Source: Thermoanaerobaculia bacterium | GTDB lineage: Bacteria; Acidobacteriota; Thermoanaerobaculia; UBA5066 | Direction: 5' to 3' | Assembly: GCA_038245905.1 (NCBI GenBank) | Contig: JBBRRY010000015.1 | Location: 1 to 64,000 of the forward strand | DNA: 64,000 bases | In this document: piece by piece, positions 26,548-38,252 of the stretch | Layout: each line of letters begins with the position of its first letter | Position numbering within the stretch: position 1 is the stretch's first letter | Translations under genes and position numbers: made by a program | The notes under the pieces: generated by a model | Database searches by the model: none | Told to the model about the DNA's origin: nothing | Seen by the model: only the letters and a program-made list of their open reading frames with translations

Positions 26548-28641
26548 TCAGCGCCCGGACACGAGGTCTTCGGGTTTCCACGGCGAGGCGGCGCCGCCGA
26601 GGAACCTGTGGAACCAGTCGAGGTGCGCCGCGTAGTAGAGGCCCATCTCGAACGCGCTCGGCCAGTGGCCCGCCTTCTCGAACACGATCAGGCGCGACGG
26701 CACGCCGCGCGCCTGCAGGTCCGTGAAGAATTCGAGCGACTGCGTATAGGGAACGCGGAAGTCCTTTTCGCCGGTAATGACGAGGCAAGGGGTGCGGAAA
26801 TCTGTCACGTACGAGGACGGCGATTGCTTCGCGTAGAGGTCTCCGTTCTCCCACGGCGCGCCCTTGATGTCCCACTGGGGGAACCAGACCTCCTCGGTCG
26901 AGGAGTACATCGCGCGCAGGTCGTAGACGCCCATCATCGAGGCGAGGGCCTTGAACCTCGTCGTGTGGCCTTCGAGCCACATCGTCGCGTAGCCGCCCCA
27001 GGACCAGCCCATCGCGCCCATGCGGCTCTTGTCCACATACGGAAGCCTCTCGAGCGCGTCCGCGACTTTCTCGATGTCGGTCATCACGCGGCCGTTCCAG
27101 TCGCCCGAGATGGCCGACGTGTAGGCCTGGCCGAATCCGGTCGAGCCGTGCGGATTCGGAAATCCGACGACGTAACCCGCGCCCGGATAGACCTGCCAGT
27201 CGCCGCGGTAGGAGTCCGCCCACTGCTGCTGCGGCCCGCCGTGGATGTTCAGGATGAGCGGGTACTTCTTCGCAGGATCGAAGCCGTGCGGCTTGACGAT
27301 CCAGACCTGCACGGGCTGTCCGTCGGCACCGGGCACGCTGATCTCCTCGGCCGGCCGGATGTCGACCTCGTTTTCGAGGGCGGCGTTGTGCGTCGTCAGG
27401 CGCTGTCCCGCCTCGTCCGCGCCTTTCGCGAGAGAGAGGCGGTAGAGTTCGAGCGGGCTCCCGATGCGGCGCCGCGCGGCCACGGCGAAGGTCACGTCCG
27501 GCGCGAGCGTCCACGCGTCGAGAGACCCGACGGACGACACCGCGCGGAAGGCGCCCGTCGCGAGGACGATCTCGTAGAGCGGCGTTCGCCCCTTCACGTC
27601 GGCCGTGAAGAAGATCCGGCTTCCGTCCCGCGAGAAGTCGAAGTCGCGGACCGCGTTGTCGAACCTGGCCGTGAGGTCACGCTCGGCGCCGGTCGCGCGG
27701 TCCCGGAGGACGATCCGGAAGCGGTCGGCCTCGTAGCGGGGCGTGAGCTGCCGCTTGAAGGCGAGGAAGCGGCCGTCGGGGGAATAACGCGGCGACCCGT
27801 CGTAGCCCTTGTTCCAGGCCGTGAGATTTTTCGGGACTCCGTCACCCTTCACGGCGACGGTCCAGACGTCCGCGTTCGTCGAGAAGGCGGCGTCCGCGTC
27901 GCGGTTCGAAGAGAACGTGAGCTCGGTCCCGTCCGGCGAGAGGTCGAAGTCCCGCCCGCCACCGACCGAGAAGACGGGCGAGTCGAAGTCGCCCGGTGTC
28001 AGGTCGCGAATCGCCTTCGCCGCGTCGGGCTCGGCAAGGTCGAGGATGAAAACATGCGTGCGCTTCCCGTCCTTCCACTCGGTCCAGTGCCGGTAGAGGA
28101 GGGCGTCCGCGAGGTGCGCCTTGATCTTGTTCGCCTCGTGCGCGTCGGCCGCCTTCTTGTTGCACGCCGCGTCGGCGCCGCAGGAGGGGACGACGTCCGC
28201 CGCGAAGAAGACGGACCGGCCGTCCTTCGAGAAGGCCGGCCCGTCGATCCCTCCGGGGAACCGGGTCTTCTGCTCGGCCTCGCCGCCGCCAAGAGGGAGG
28301 AAGAAAAGCTGCGGTTCACCCGTACGCGTCGAAACGAACGCGAGCGTCTTTCCGTCAGGCGAGAAGAACGGGTGCTCGTCGCGCGCGTCGCCTGCGGTGA
28401 TCGGCCGGGCGTTTGTCCCGTCCGCGTCCACGCGCCAAAGGGCGGCGGTCTTCCTCTTCGTCGCCCAGTCGTTCGTCGTGACGGTGTAGACGATCGCCTT
28501 CCCGTCGGGCGAGATCGCGGGCTCGCCGACGGCCTTCACGCGATAGAGGTCCTCGAGCGTGAAGGCGCGGCCGGAGGAGGCGGCGAGAGCGGGAGAGGCG
28601 AGGACGAAGAAGAGGGCGAAGGCGGTGGACAGTTTCGGCAT
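26548..28641 (-). CDS. Secreted S9 family peptidase (PD40 propeller + catalytic domain)
   Basis: Signal peptide, SPDG repeats, IHGGP, GWSWGG, GEKDFRVP, AGH. Confidence 0.95.
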   Translation of the reverse strand: MPKLSTAFALFFVLASPALAASSGRAFTLEDLYRVKAVGEPAISPDGKAIVYTVTTNDWATKRKTAALWRVDADGTNARPITAGDARDEHPFFSPDGKTLAFVSTRTGEPQLFFLPLGGGEAEQKTRFPGGIDGPAFSKDGRSVFFAADVVPSCGADAACNKKAADAHEANKIKAHLADALLYRHWTEWKDGKRTHVFILDLAEPDAAKAIRDLTPGDFDSPVFSVGGGRDFDLSPDGTELTFSSNRDADAAFSTNADVWTVAVKGDGVPKNLTAWNKGYDGSPRYSPDGRFLAFKRQLTPRYEADRFRIVLRDRATGAERDLTARFDNAVRDFDFSRDGSRIFFTADVKGRTPLYEIVLATGAFRAVSSVGSLDAWTLAPDVTFAVAARRRIGSPLELYRLSLAKGADEAGQRLTTHNAALENEVDIRPAEEISVPGADGQPVQVWIVKPHGFDPAKKYPLILNIHGGPQQQWADSYRGDWQVYPGAGYVVGFPNPHGSTGFGQAYTSAISGDWNGRVMTDIEKVADALERLPYVDKSRMGAMGWSWGGYATMWLEGHTTRFKALASMMGVYDLRAMYSSTEEVWFPQWDIKGAPWENGDLYAKQSPSSYVTDFRTPCLVITGEKDFRVPYTQSLEFFTDLQARGVPSRLIVFEKAGHWPSAFEMGLYYAAHLDWFHRFLGGAASPWKPEDLVSGR

Positions 28642-28682
28642 GTGCCGAGTCTATCGGCCCGCGCCCCCGGGCGCCCCCGCCG

Positions 28683-29186
28683 TCAGCTCGTGAGGCCGTC
28701 CTCCTTCTGCAGGATCTCGTTCAGGAACCAGCGGCTCTTCTGGTGCACCTGGACGAGGCGCGTGTATAGGTCGGCCGTTCCAATGTCGCCCGCGTCCGTC
28801 GCGACCTCACAGTCGTCGTGCATCTCTTTGATCACGACGTCGAGCGTGGCGCGGGCCTCGGCGATCATCTCTTCGAGCGAGAGCTTGCCCTTCGAAGGTT
28901 CCACGCTGGCGCTCGGGAGATAGTCGGCCGGATCGCCCAGCGGGGCGCCCCCCACCATGATGGCGCGTTCGGCGAACTCGTCGATCGTGTCGTACACGAG
29001 CGTCGCTTGCTCGTCGAGCATGAGGTGGATGTCGCGAAAGAGGGGCCCGTAGCTGAGCCAGTGGTATTTCTTGTAGTTGAGGTACGCGACGAGCGCGTTC
29101 GCCTGTTGCCGCTGAAGAGTGCCGACGACGGCCGCCGAGCCGCCGCTCTTGTTCTTCTTCTTCTGCTTCTTGTCTTTCTTGGCCAT
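28683..29186 (-). CDS. dps: Dps DNA-protection ferritin-like protein with Lys-rich N-terminus
   Basis: YHW, FRDIHLMLDEQ, IDEFAER, GDIGTADL; N-terminus MAKKDKKQKKKNK. Confidence 0.92.
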   Translation of the reverse strand: MAKKDKKQKKKNKSGGSAAVVGTLQRQQANALVAYLNYKKYHWLSYGPLFRDIHLMLDEQATLVYDTIDEFAERAIMVGGAPLGDPADYLPSASVEPSKGKLSLEEMIAEARATLDVVIKEMHDDCEVATDAGDIGTADLYTRLVQVHQKSRWFLNEILQKEDGLTS

Positions 29187-29207
29187 GAATCCTCCGAGAT
29201 CCTTAGA

Positions 29208-29222
29208 TTAGACTATGTCTAA
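29208..29222. promoter_or_regulatory. Palindromic operator upstream of dps (Fur/PerR/Irr-like)
   Basis: TTAGAC-TAT-GTCTAA in an AT-rich patch 21 bp upstream of the dps ATG. Confidence 0.55.
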
Positions 29223-29235
29223 AATAAGGTCAAGC

Positions 29236-29475
29236 TCAGGATTTCTTGATGAGACGCACGATCGCGACGAGCACGATGGCGCCGACGAGCCGCACGAGAA
29301 AATCGCCCAGCAGGCCGCCGCCCATCACGAAGCGGCCGAGGAGGAATCCGCCTATCCAGCCGCCGACGATCCCGAGCAGAACGTCGACGAGGAGGCCATA
29401 GCCGCCGCCCTTCATGATCTGTCCGGTCGCCCAGCCCGCGAGCGCGCAGAGCGCGAGTTCCACGATCAGCCACAT
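29236..29475 (-). CDS. GlsB/YeaQ/YmgE (transglycosylase-associated) membrane protein
   Basis: 79 aa, three Gly-rich TM helices: LAGW...[21 protein letters not shown]...GAIVL. Confidence 0.9.
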   Translation of the reverse strand: MWLIVELALCALAGWATGQIMKGGGYGLLVDVLLGIVGGWIGGFLLGRFVMGGGLLGDFLVRLVGAIVLVAIVRLIKKS

Positions 29476-29534
29476 GTTCCTGTTCTCCTTATGCGTCTGA
29501 TCCTACCCCCCGTTCCTGTTACATTCCCGCCCCC

Positions 29535-31214
<1,680 letters not shown>

Positions 31215-31317
31215 ACGGGCAGGATCTCATTTCGACGCCGCGGCGACCGCCCGCGGACCAGTCGACGAGACCCGCCGAGTCGTGCTTCGCCCAGAACTCG
31301 CGCTCGGCCGCTTACAC

Positions 31318-32100
31318 CTAGGGAACGAGGGCGATGACGGCGAAGGCGGCGCCCTCGCGGTCGGACAGGAAGGCGTAACGCCCCACCTTCGCGATGTCGT
31401 CGGGTGCCCGGAGGACGCGCGCTCCGAGCTTTTCGGCCTTCGCTGCGGCCGCGTCGCAGTCGGCCACGCGGAAATAAACGTTCCACGCGGGCGTCGTCGC
31501 GCCATCCTCCGGCCCGATCGCCGTCATCCCGCCGGCCGGGCGCGGCCCCTTCCAGAGCTCGACATACGCGTGGAGGTCCGTCTCCTGCTTCTTGATCGCC
31601 CAACCGAAGAGACTCGCGTAGAAATGTCCGGCCGCGTCGATGTCTGTCGTGGCGAGCTCGGTCCAGCAGAGCGTGCTGATCTCGCCGACGACCTGCGCCC
31701 CGGGGTGAGCCCGCGCCTCCCAGAGGCACAGCTCCGCGCCCTGCGGGTCCTTTACGATCGCCATGCGCCCGTTCGGTCCGACGTCGAACGGCGCCCCGAA
31801 AATCGTTCCGCCGAGAACCTTCACGCGGAGCGCGCTCTCGTCGGCGCTCTTCACCGCCGCATAGGAGTTCCAGTGGGCGACGACGCCGCGCTGCCGCTGC
31901 GACTTCTGCAGGACGTACAGCGCGGCCACGTCCTTGCCTACGAGCCGCGCGATCGTGTAGGTCGTGCCGGGCTCCGGGGACTGGTCGTCGAAGCTCCAGC
32001 CGAAGAGGGCCCCGTAGAGCGCCTTCGCCGAATCGGCGTCCGTCGTGGCGAGCTCGGGCCAGCAGAACGTCCCAGGCTCGTGCTGGATGATCTCTCGCAT
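31318..32100 (-). CDS. VOC/glyoxalase family protein (two domains)
   Basis: Duplicated CWxELATTD...YxxLFGW; WNSY/WNVYF; DPQGA. Confidence 0.93.
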   Translation of the reverse strand: MREIIQHEPGTFCWPELATTDADSAKALYGALFGWSFDDQSPEPGTTYTIARLVGKDVAALYVLQKSQRQRGVVAHWNSYAAVKSADESALRVKVLGGTIFGAPFDVGPNGRMAIVKDPQGAELCLWEARAHPGAQVVGEISTLCWTELATTDIDAAGHFYASLFGWAIKKQETDLHAYVELWKGPRPAGGMTAIGPEDGATTPAWNVYFRVADCDAAAAKAEKLGARVLRAPDDIAKVGRYAFLSDREGAAFAVIALVP

Positions 32101-32161
32101 CGAAGACCTCCGGATGAGCGTGGATCATAAGGGCGCACGGCGTGTCGCGCCCGGGGAAGGG

Positions 32162-33061
32162 TCAGGAGCCGGCGGCGATCCGAAGTTCGCGAAAGAAACC
32201 CTTAACGAGCGCGGAGGCGACGTGCGCCCGGTAGGCGGCCGTCGAACGGAGATCGTCGATGGGGGCGATATCCCGGCGCGTTGCCGCGTCGAGCTCTTCG
32301 TCCGAAACCGAGGCGAGGCTGGGGGAGAGGCCGAGCGCCCGTACGGACGGGAGGGAGACCGTCACGGGAGCGACCGAGGCCATGCCGAATCCGGAGCGGA
32401 CGCCGCGGCCCCGCTCGACCTCGGCGACGGCCGCGAGGGCGACCTTGGAAATCGCCTGGGCGGCGCGCGTGCCCACCTTCCTCCAGACCTGGTGGGCACC
32501 GGTCCTCGGAAGGGTGAACTCCACCCGGACGATCACTTCGTCTTCGGCCCGGCGTGTCGTGCGGTATGCCGTGAAGAACTGCGTCATGGGTACGCGCCGC
32601 TCGCCGTGGATGCTCGCGAGAACCACGTCGGCGTCGAGGGCCATGAGCGCCGCGGCCCCGTCGGCCGCGGGAGACGCGCCCGCGAGGTTGCCGCCCAGGG
32701 TGCCGCGCGCCTGGATCTGGACGGCTCCCACCTCGCGCGCCATGGCCGTGAGGACCGGTGCGCGCCGCGAGAGCACGGGATGACTCTTGATCTCGAGGAA
32801 CGTTGCCGCGGCGCCGATGGTGGCGATCTCCTTCACGACCGTAATGCCGCGCATTTCGGTGAGACGCGACACGTCGAGCACGAGCGGCAGGTCGTTCGGG
32901 TCCTCGGGCGGGGCGAGACGGCGCTCCACGATCCAGTCCGTTCCCCCCGCGAGGAGGACGGTCTTCTCTTTGCGGCCTGCGCGCGCCGAGAGCGTCCGGC
33001 ACAGCTCGGCGAGCGTTCCGGGCCGCTCGAACGGGTAGAGAGCGATCTCAGCCGGGTTCAC
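32162..33061 (-). CDS. Xanthine dehydrogenase family FAD-binding subunit
   Basis: LAGGTD, QIQARGTLGGNL, SPAAD, PIDDLRSTAAYR. Confidence 0.92.
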   Translation of the reverse strand: MNPAEIALYPFERPGTLAELCRTLSARAGRKEKTVLLAGGTDWIVERRLAPPEDPNDLPLVLDVSRLTEMRGITVVKEIATIGAAATFLEIKSHPVLSRRAPVLTAMAREVGAVQIQARGTLGGNLAGASPAADGAAALMALDADVVLASIHGERRVPMTQFFTAYRTTRRAEDEVIVRVEFTLPRTGAHQVWRKVGTRAAQAISKVALAAVAEVERGRGVRSGFGMASVAPVTVSLPSVRALGLSPSLASVSDEELDAATRRDIAPIDDLRSTAAYRAHVASALVKGFFRELRIAAGS

Positions 33062-33524
33062 GCGCAGCCTGCTCCTTTGCGGCTTGCCGGATCGACTCGA
33101 CGATGCGCTGGTAGCCCGTGCAGCGGCAGATGTTGCCCGCGATGCTCTCGCGAATCTCGCCCTCGCCCGGCTGCGGGTTCGCCGCGAGGAGCGCGTGCGC
33201 AGCCATGAGGATTCCGGGCGTGCAGATGCCGCACTGAGCGCCGCCCTCCTTCACGAAGGCCTCTTGCAGGTCGGAAAGCGTGTCCTTGCTGGCCAGCCCT
33301 TCGACAGTGAGGACCGTTCGCCCGTCGCACTGACCCGCCACGACGAGGCACGCGTTCACGGGAACGCCGTCCAGGAGCACGGTGCACGAGCCGCACTCGC
33401 CTTCACCGCAGCCCTCTTTCGTGCCGGTAAGCCCGAGAGGCCCGCGGAGGATGTCGAGGAGGCGCGTGAGGGGAGGTGCATCGAGCGTGCGGGAGCGCCC
33501 GTTCACGACGAAGGACATTCTCAT
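33048..33524 (-). CDS. Xanthine dehydrogenase family 2x[2Fe-2S] subunit
   Basis: GTKEGCGEGECGSC, NAC, QCGICTPG, GNICRCTGY. Confidence 0.95.
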   Translation of the reverse strand: MRMSFVVNGRSRTLDAPPLTRLLDILRGPLGLTGTKEGCGEGECGSCTVLLDGVPVNACLVVAGQCDGRTVLTVEGLASKDTLSDLQEAFVKEGGAQCGICTPGILMAAHALLAANPQPGEGEIRESIAGNICRCTGYQRIVESIRQAAKEQAAREPG

Positions 33525-35788
33525 CGTCCCGTCTTCCATGCCACGAAGAGGTCTTCCGGGAGGAGCGGCAGGTCGTCGCGGACGATCCCCGTCGCATGCT
33601 CGATCGCGGCGGCGATCGCGGGCGCGCCGCCGTCCATCGGCAGCTCTCCGATGCCTTTCGCGCCGCCTCCGGGCCCTCTGGAATAGGGATCCTCCACGAG
33701 AACCGTCGTGAAGCGGGGCGCGTCGATGCTCGTGGGTACGATGTAGTTCGTCATGCGGGCATTGAGGATCTTCCCGTCCTTGAGGACGACCTTCTCGTTC
33801 AGGGCCCAGCCGATCGCCTGCAGCGTTCCTCCCTCGATCTGCCCCTTGCACATGAGGGGATGAATCGCCTTGCCGACGTCCTGCGCGGCCCAGAAACCGA
33901 TAACCGTCGTCTCGAACGTGTCGAGGTCCACCTCGACCTCGGCGATGTCGCAGCCCCAGCCGAAGACGGGATAGGCGTCGCCGCGGTAGGTCGCGTCGTC
34001 CCAGACGAAATCCGCCGGTGTTTCGTAGGTCTTCTCGGAGATGACGGTTCCTTCGTGCGCGATCAGGCGCCGCGCGGCGTCATCGAACGAGCCCCCCTGT
34101 TTCTGCCGGTTTTGCTCGATACGCGCGAAGAGGTCGCGCGCGGCGTGCTCGAGGATCGAGCCGACGATCATCACCGTTCGGGACGCCACGGTGGGCCCCG
34201 AATCGGGGACGGTCGCGGTGGACGGCGTCGCGAAGTCCACCCGATCCATCGAGACCCAGAGCGCCTCGGCCGCGATCTGCCGGAAGACTGTCTCGGTACC
34301 CTGGCCGATGTCCGTGGATGCGGTGCGGATTCGGAAACGCGGCTTCTTCTCCGTGAGGAGCTGAAACATGTCGATCGCGACGCGGCCCTTCAGCTTGCGC
34401 TCGCCCGAACCCGTGAATCCCGCGCCGTGGAGGAACACGCTCGCGCCGATTCCGCGCGCCTTTCGGGACGCGGAGCCCCCTGGGGCGGGCCGGCGAAGAA
34501 TCGCTGAGACGGGCCGCGCCGCCGCGGCCTGACCGAGCGTCTCGCGCTTCCGTTCCCAGCCGCTCGCTTTCCGCGCCTCCTCGACGCAGCGCTGGACCCC
34601 GACGGACTCCTTCAGGAACTGGCCCGTCGGCGTCGTGTCCCCGACGCGGAGGAGGTTCTTCTCGCGCAGGGCGAGCGGGTCGGCCGACAGCTCGCGCGCG
34701 ATCCGGTCCAGGTGCCTCTCGATCGCCCAGATCGTCTGCGGGGCTCCGAAGCCGCGGAAGGCGCCGTTCGGTGGCGTGTTCGTGGCGACCGCGATGGCCT
34801 CGATCGAGACGTGCTCCCATCGGTAGGCGCCGGCCGCGTGGAGAGCCCCGCGCGACAGAACGACCGGCGTGAGGGTGACGTACGCACCACCGTCCATGAC
34901 GATCCGAATTGACACGGCCGACAGGTTTCCCTCGCGATCGCAGCCCGACGAAATCGTCACCTCCGACGGATGGCGTTTCGTCGTCGCCTCGATGTCTTCC
35001 TGCCGGTCGTAGATCATCTTCACGGGCCGGCCGCTCTTCTTCGCGAGGAGGAGGGCGTGAAGAGCGAGGAGCGTGGGGTACTCTTCCTTTCCCCCGAAAC
35101 CTCCACCCGTGACAGCTTGCGTCACGTCCACGTGCGCGTCGTCCAGGCTGAACGTGCGCTTGACGCCCTTGTGTACGTAGAACGGGCACTGCAGCGAGCC
35201 CACGAGGTGGGCGCCGCTCGCGTCCCAGAAGGCGAGCATCCCCTGCGGCTCGATGTAGAGCTGCTCCTGGTGGTGCGTGCGGTACGTACCGGAGAGACGC
35301 ACGGCGCTCTCGGCGATGGCCTTCGCCGCGTCGCCCTTCGAGATCCGGTAGGTGGCGAAGACATTGTCGGGGCCGTGAATCTGTGCCTTGCGTTGGAGCG
35401 CGTCGGCGACCGTCAGGACCGGCGGGAGCGGGTCGATCTCGGGCGTGAGGGCGCGAAGCGCGCGGGCGAGACGCACCGGGTCCTCGGCCGCCACGAGCGC
35501 GATCGGCTCGTACGCGTGGCGGACCTCGTCCGATGCGAGGACGGGCTGGTCCTCCTCGATGAGCGCCACGACGTTCACGGGCACGTCTTCCGCGGTCACG
35601 ACCGTCACGCCGGTCCAGTCGAAGGAGGGATCCCGCCGGATGCCGCGCAGGCGGCCGCGCGCCACGGGGCTGCGGAGCGTCGCGCCCAGGAGGACGCCCG
35701 GCCGCGTGAGATCGTCGACGTAGCGGGCCGTCCCGGCGACCTTGGCCGGTCCATCCGCGCGCGGAACGCTGCGGCCGACGAGCGCCAT
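33521..35788 (-). CDS. Xanthine dehydrogenase family molybdopterin-binding subunit
   Basis: KVAGTARYVDD, GGGFGGK, AFRGFG, IGQG, QIEGG, KGIGE. Start MALVGR (35788). Confidence 0.95.
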   Translation of the reverse strand: MALVGRSVPRADGPAKVAGTARYVDDLTRPGVLLGATLRSPVARGRLRGIRRDPSFDWTGVTVVTAEDVPVNVVALIEEDQPVLASDEVRHAYEPIALVAAEDPVRLARALRALTPEIDPLPPVLTVADALQRKAQIHGPDNVFATYRISKGDAAKAIAESAVRLSGTYRTHHQEQLYIEPQGMLAFWDASGAHLVGSLQCPFYVHKGVKRTFSLDDAHVDVTQAVTGGGFGGKEEYPTLLALHALLLAKKSGRPVKMIYDRQEDIEATTKRHPSEVTISSGCDREGNLSAVSIRIVMDGGAYVTLTPVVLSRGALHAAGAYRWEHVSIEAIAVATNTPPNGAFRGFGAPQTIWAIERHLDRIARELSADPLALREKNLLRVGDTTPTGQFLKESVGVQRCVEEARKASGWERKRETLGQAAAARPVSAILRRPAPGGSASRKARGIGASVFLHGAGFTGSGERKLKGRVAIDMFQLLTEKKPRFRIRTASTDIGQGTETVFRQIAAEALWVSMDRVDFATPSTATVPDSGPTVASRTVMIVGSILEHAARDLFARIEQNRQKQGGSFDDAARRLIAHEGTVISEKTYETPADFVWDDATYRGDAYPVFGWGCDIAEVEVDLDTFETTVIGFWAAQDVGKAIHPLMCKGQIEGGTLQAIGWALNEKVVLKDGKILNARMTNYIVPTSIDAPRFTTVLVEDPYSRGPGGGAKGIGELPMDGGAPAIAAAIEHATGIVRDDLPLLPEDLFVAWKTGR

Positions 35789-35793
35789 CCCGA

Positions 35794-36699
35794 TCAGTCC
35801 CTTGTGACGTCCTGGAGAGCGGCTCCGACCTCGGTGAAGCGGAACTTGAAGCCGAGCGCTTCGGCTTTTCTCGGGACGACCCGTTGCCCCTCGAGGACCA
35901 CGGTGGCCATCTCGCCGAGCAGGAGCCGAACGGCGGCTGCGGGTGCGGGGAACAGGCTCGGCCGGTGGAGGGCGCGGCCCAGCGCCTTCGCGAATTCCTT
36001 CATCGTGACCGGGTTCGGAGCGGTCCCGTTGATGGGGCCGCGGGCGTCTGCGTTCTCGATCGCGAAGACGAACAAGGCGACGAGGTCGCCCACGTGGATC
36101 CACGACATCCACTGCTCTCCGCTTCCGATGGGGCCGCCCGCGAAGGCCTTGAACGGCGGAAGCATCTTTGCGAGGGCGCCGCCGTCTCCGCCGAGCACGA
36201 CGCCGGCGCGAATCATCACGACGCGGACGCCCTGCGCCTCGATCTTCTTCGCGGCCTCTTCCCATGCCACACACGTCGTCGCGAGGAAATCGGTTCCAGG
36301 CGGGCTGTCCTCGTCGAGTATCTCGTCGCCGTGGGAGCCGTAGTACCCGACCGCTGCCGCGTTCACGAGGACGGAAGGCTTCACGGCGGCCTTCTCGATC
36401 GCGGCGGAGAGCCGGGCCGCCGCGTCGACGCGGCTCGCGACGATCCGCAGCTTGGCGGCCGCCGTCCAGCGCTGGGCGATGCTCTCGCCCGCGAGGTTCA
36501 CGATCCCTCCGGCGCCGTCGACCCAGGATTCCCACGCGGCGCCGGGCGCCCACGAGACGACGCGTACCTTCGGATGGACCTGGTCCCGCGACCGGGACGC
36601 GTCGCGCGTGAAGAGAACCACTTCGTGCCCTTTCGCGACGAGGTTCTCGCACAGCTTCGAACCGATGAACCCGGTTCCGCCCGTGACGATGACGCGCAT
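35794..36699 (-). CDS. TIGR01777/YfcH family NAD-dependent epimerase-like protein
   Basis: VTGGTGFIG, NLAGE, VGYYG, GSGEQWMSWIH, GQRVVP. Confidence 0.93.
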   Translation of the reverse strand: MRVIVTGGTGFIGSKLCENLVAKGHEVVLFTRDASRSRDQVHPKVRVVSWAPGAAWESWVDGAGGIVNLAGESIAQRWTAAAKLRIVASRVDAAARLSAAIEKAAVKPSVLVNAAAVGYYGSHGDEILDEDSPPGTDFLATTCVAWEEAAKKIEAQGVRVVMIRAGVVLGGDGGALAKMLPPFKAFAGGPIGSGEQWMSWIHVGDLVALFVFAIENADARGPINGTAPNPVTMKEFAKALGRALHRPSLFPAPAAAVRLLLGEMATVVLEGQRVVPRKAEALGFKFRFTEVGAALQDVTRD

Positions 36700-36757
36700 T
36701 CCGCTCTCCTTGCGCCCGCATCGTACCCAAAACGCGCCGCCGTATAGTCCGACGGTC

Positions 36758-37660
36758 ATGAACGCGCGTTTCAGGCCTTGCGCCGCCCTGCTTCTCGCCT
36801 TTGCGGCGGGCGTGGCGGAGGCCGACACGGCCGTCCCTCGAACGCCGGACCTGGACGTCCGGGAGCTCGTGAAGCGCGTCGTGAAGAGCCAGCGCCGTGT
36901 CGAGGTCGCGTTTGCCGGCTCGACGTTCGACCAGCGCGAAGTCCGGATCACCTGGGGCGCCGATGGCCGGGCGAAGGAGGTCGCCTCACGGCTCTTCTAC
37001 GTCCTCTCGGGCGACGGCGACGTGGAGGGGACGCGCGAGCTCATCGAGGTGGAGGGCCGTCCGGCGACCGAGGAGGAGAAGCGCAAGGCCGCCGAAGGAG
37101 ACGAGAAGGGCCGAAAGAAGCGCCTCGAGCAGAAGGCCGCGGCTGAGGCCCGCCTGGCCGAAAGGGTCTCCGGCGACGAAGACGATCCTCTCGTGGGTCG
37201 GCGGCGGCTCTCGGAGCTCATCGGCCGTTTCGTGATCCGCGTCGTCGGGGAGGAGACCGTCGAGGGCCGCCCCACGTACGTGCTCGACTTCTCGCCGGAC
37301 CCGGCGGCGCCGCCCGCGACGAACCTCGGGGACCGTGCGCTCAACGCGCTGGCCGGCCGCGCCCTGATCGACGCGGTGGACTTTCAGGTGCGTTCCGTCG
37401 TCGCGCACCTCACGAAGCCCGTGAAGGTGGCGGGAGGAATCGCCGCCAACGTGAAGGAGGCCGAGATCGTTTACACCGGCCAGCCGCTCGGGGGCAACCT
37501 GTGGTTTCCCTGCGTCGTCGAGCTTCGATTGACCGGGAAAACGGCGCTCTTCTTCCGCCTCGACACGTCTTTTCGATTCGAATTCGCAAATCTGAAAAGG
37601 TTCCGCGTGGACACGGAAAGCGACGTCCGTCCCGCTGGAGACCAGGGGAGCGCTCCATGA
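36758..37660 (+). CDS. Secreted hypothetical protein (possibly LolA/MucB-like fold)
   Basis: Signal peptide; GEETVEGRPTYVLDF and WFP motifs; function unknown. Confidence 0.7.
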   Translation: MNARFRPCAALLLAFAAGVAEADTAVPRTPDLDVRELVKRVVKSQRRVEVAFAGSTFDQREVRITWGADGRAKEVASRLFYVLSGDGDVEGTRELIEVEGRPATEEEKRKAAEGDEKGRKKRLEQKAAAEARLAERVSGDEDDPLVGRRRLSELIGRFVIRVVGEETVEGRPTYVLDFSPDPAAPPATNLGDRALNALAGRALIDAVDFQVRSVVAHLTKPVKVAGGIAANVKEAEIVYTGQPLGGNLWFPCVVELRLTGKTALFFRLDTSFRFEFANLKRFRVDTESDVRPAGDQGSAP

Positions 37661-38229
37661 CACCGTCCCGCCGCCGCGTGTACCTCCTCGGCGCCATTGC
37701 CGTTTTCGGCGTCGCATTCGCCTGGGCCTACTGGCGCTCGCTGACCCCGGCGACGCATGCGGACCATGACCACGGAATGCTGAGCCTCGACGGAGGAGGG
37801 CACCTCAACGTGAAGACGCGCGACGGGAAGACGCGCAATCTCGTCGGGCGCCCGGGAAAGACGCTCGTCATTCACTTCTTCTCGACGTCGGCCGAAGGGG
37901 CGGCTCCGGAGCTCGGCGGGATCTTTCGGACTCAGGAAGAGCTGAAGGCGGATGCCGGGCTGGAGTTCGTCCTCATCGCCCAGGACCGCGATTTCGCGAC
38001 CCTCGATGCGTGGCTGAAGGAGAAGGGGCTGACGCCGCCGCAGCCTGCGACACTCGTTCTCGATCCGGACGGAGACGTCACAAACAAGATCAACTCGAAA
38101 CGCCCCCTCGAGACGATGTTCTTCACCGCGGAGGGAAAGCTCTCCTCGCAGGCGCGCGGCCGGCTGGAGTGGCCGGACGGCGCCATGGGCCATCTCGCGC
38201 GCGCCCGTGGCGGAGAAACGATCGAGTAA
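37657..38229 (+). CDS. Membrane-anchored TlpA/ResA-like thioredoxin-fold protein lacking CxxC
   Basis: N-terminal TM; GKTLVIHFFSTSAEGAAPEL lines up with GKxvvLNFWATWCxxCxxE; also LVLDPDG and ETMFFTAEGK. ATGA overlap with the upstream gene. Confidence 0.7.
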   Translation: MTPSRRRVYLLGAIAVFGVAFAWAYWRSLTPATHADHDHGMLSLDGGGHLNVKTRDGKTRNLVGRPGKTLVIHFFSTSAEGAAPELGGIFRTQEELKADAGLEFVLIAQDRDFATLDAWLKEKGLTPPQPATLVLDPDGDVTNKINSKRPLETMFFTAEGKLSSQARGRLEWPDGAMGHLARARGGETIE

Positions 38230-38252
38230 CACTCGAGGTGCTCTCGGGACGC

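Noticed and set aside
4583-28923. Very long alternative ORFs (e.g. 4583-7189 +, 18931-21480 -, 26053-28923 +)
   Set aside because: Antisense shadows of well-supported genes, expected in high-GC DNA; Arg/Gly-rich with no motifs.
32162-35788. Aerobic CO dehydrogenase
   Set aside because: The large subunit has AFRGFG rather than the form I CoxL AYxCSFR motif; substrate unknown, an ordinary XDH-family trio.
35789-36730. 1069-aa version of the molybdopterin subunit (apparent N-terminal fusion)
   Set aside because: The extension overlaps the TIGR01777 gene in another frame; family homology starts at ATG 35788.
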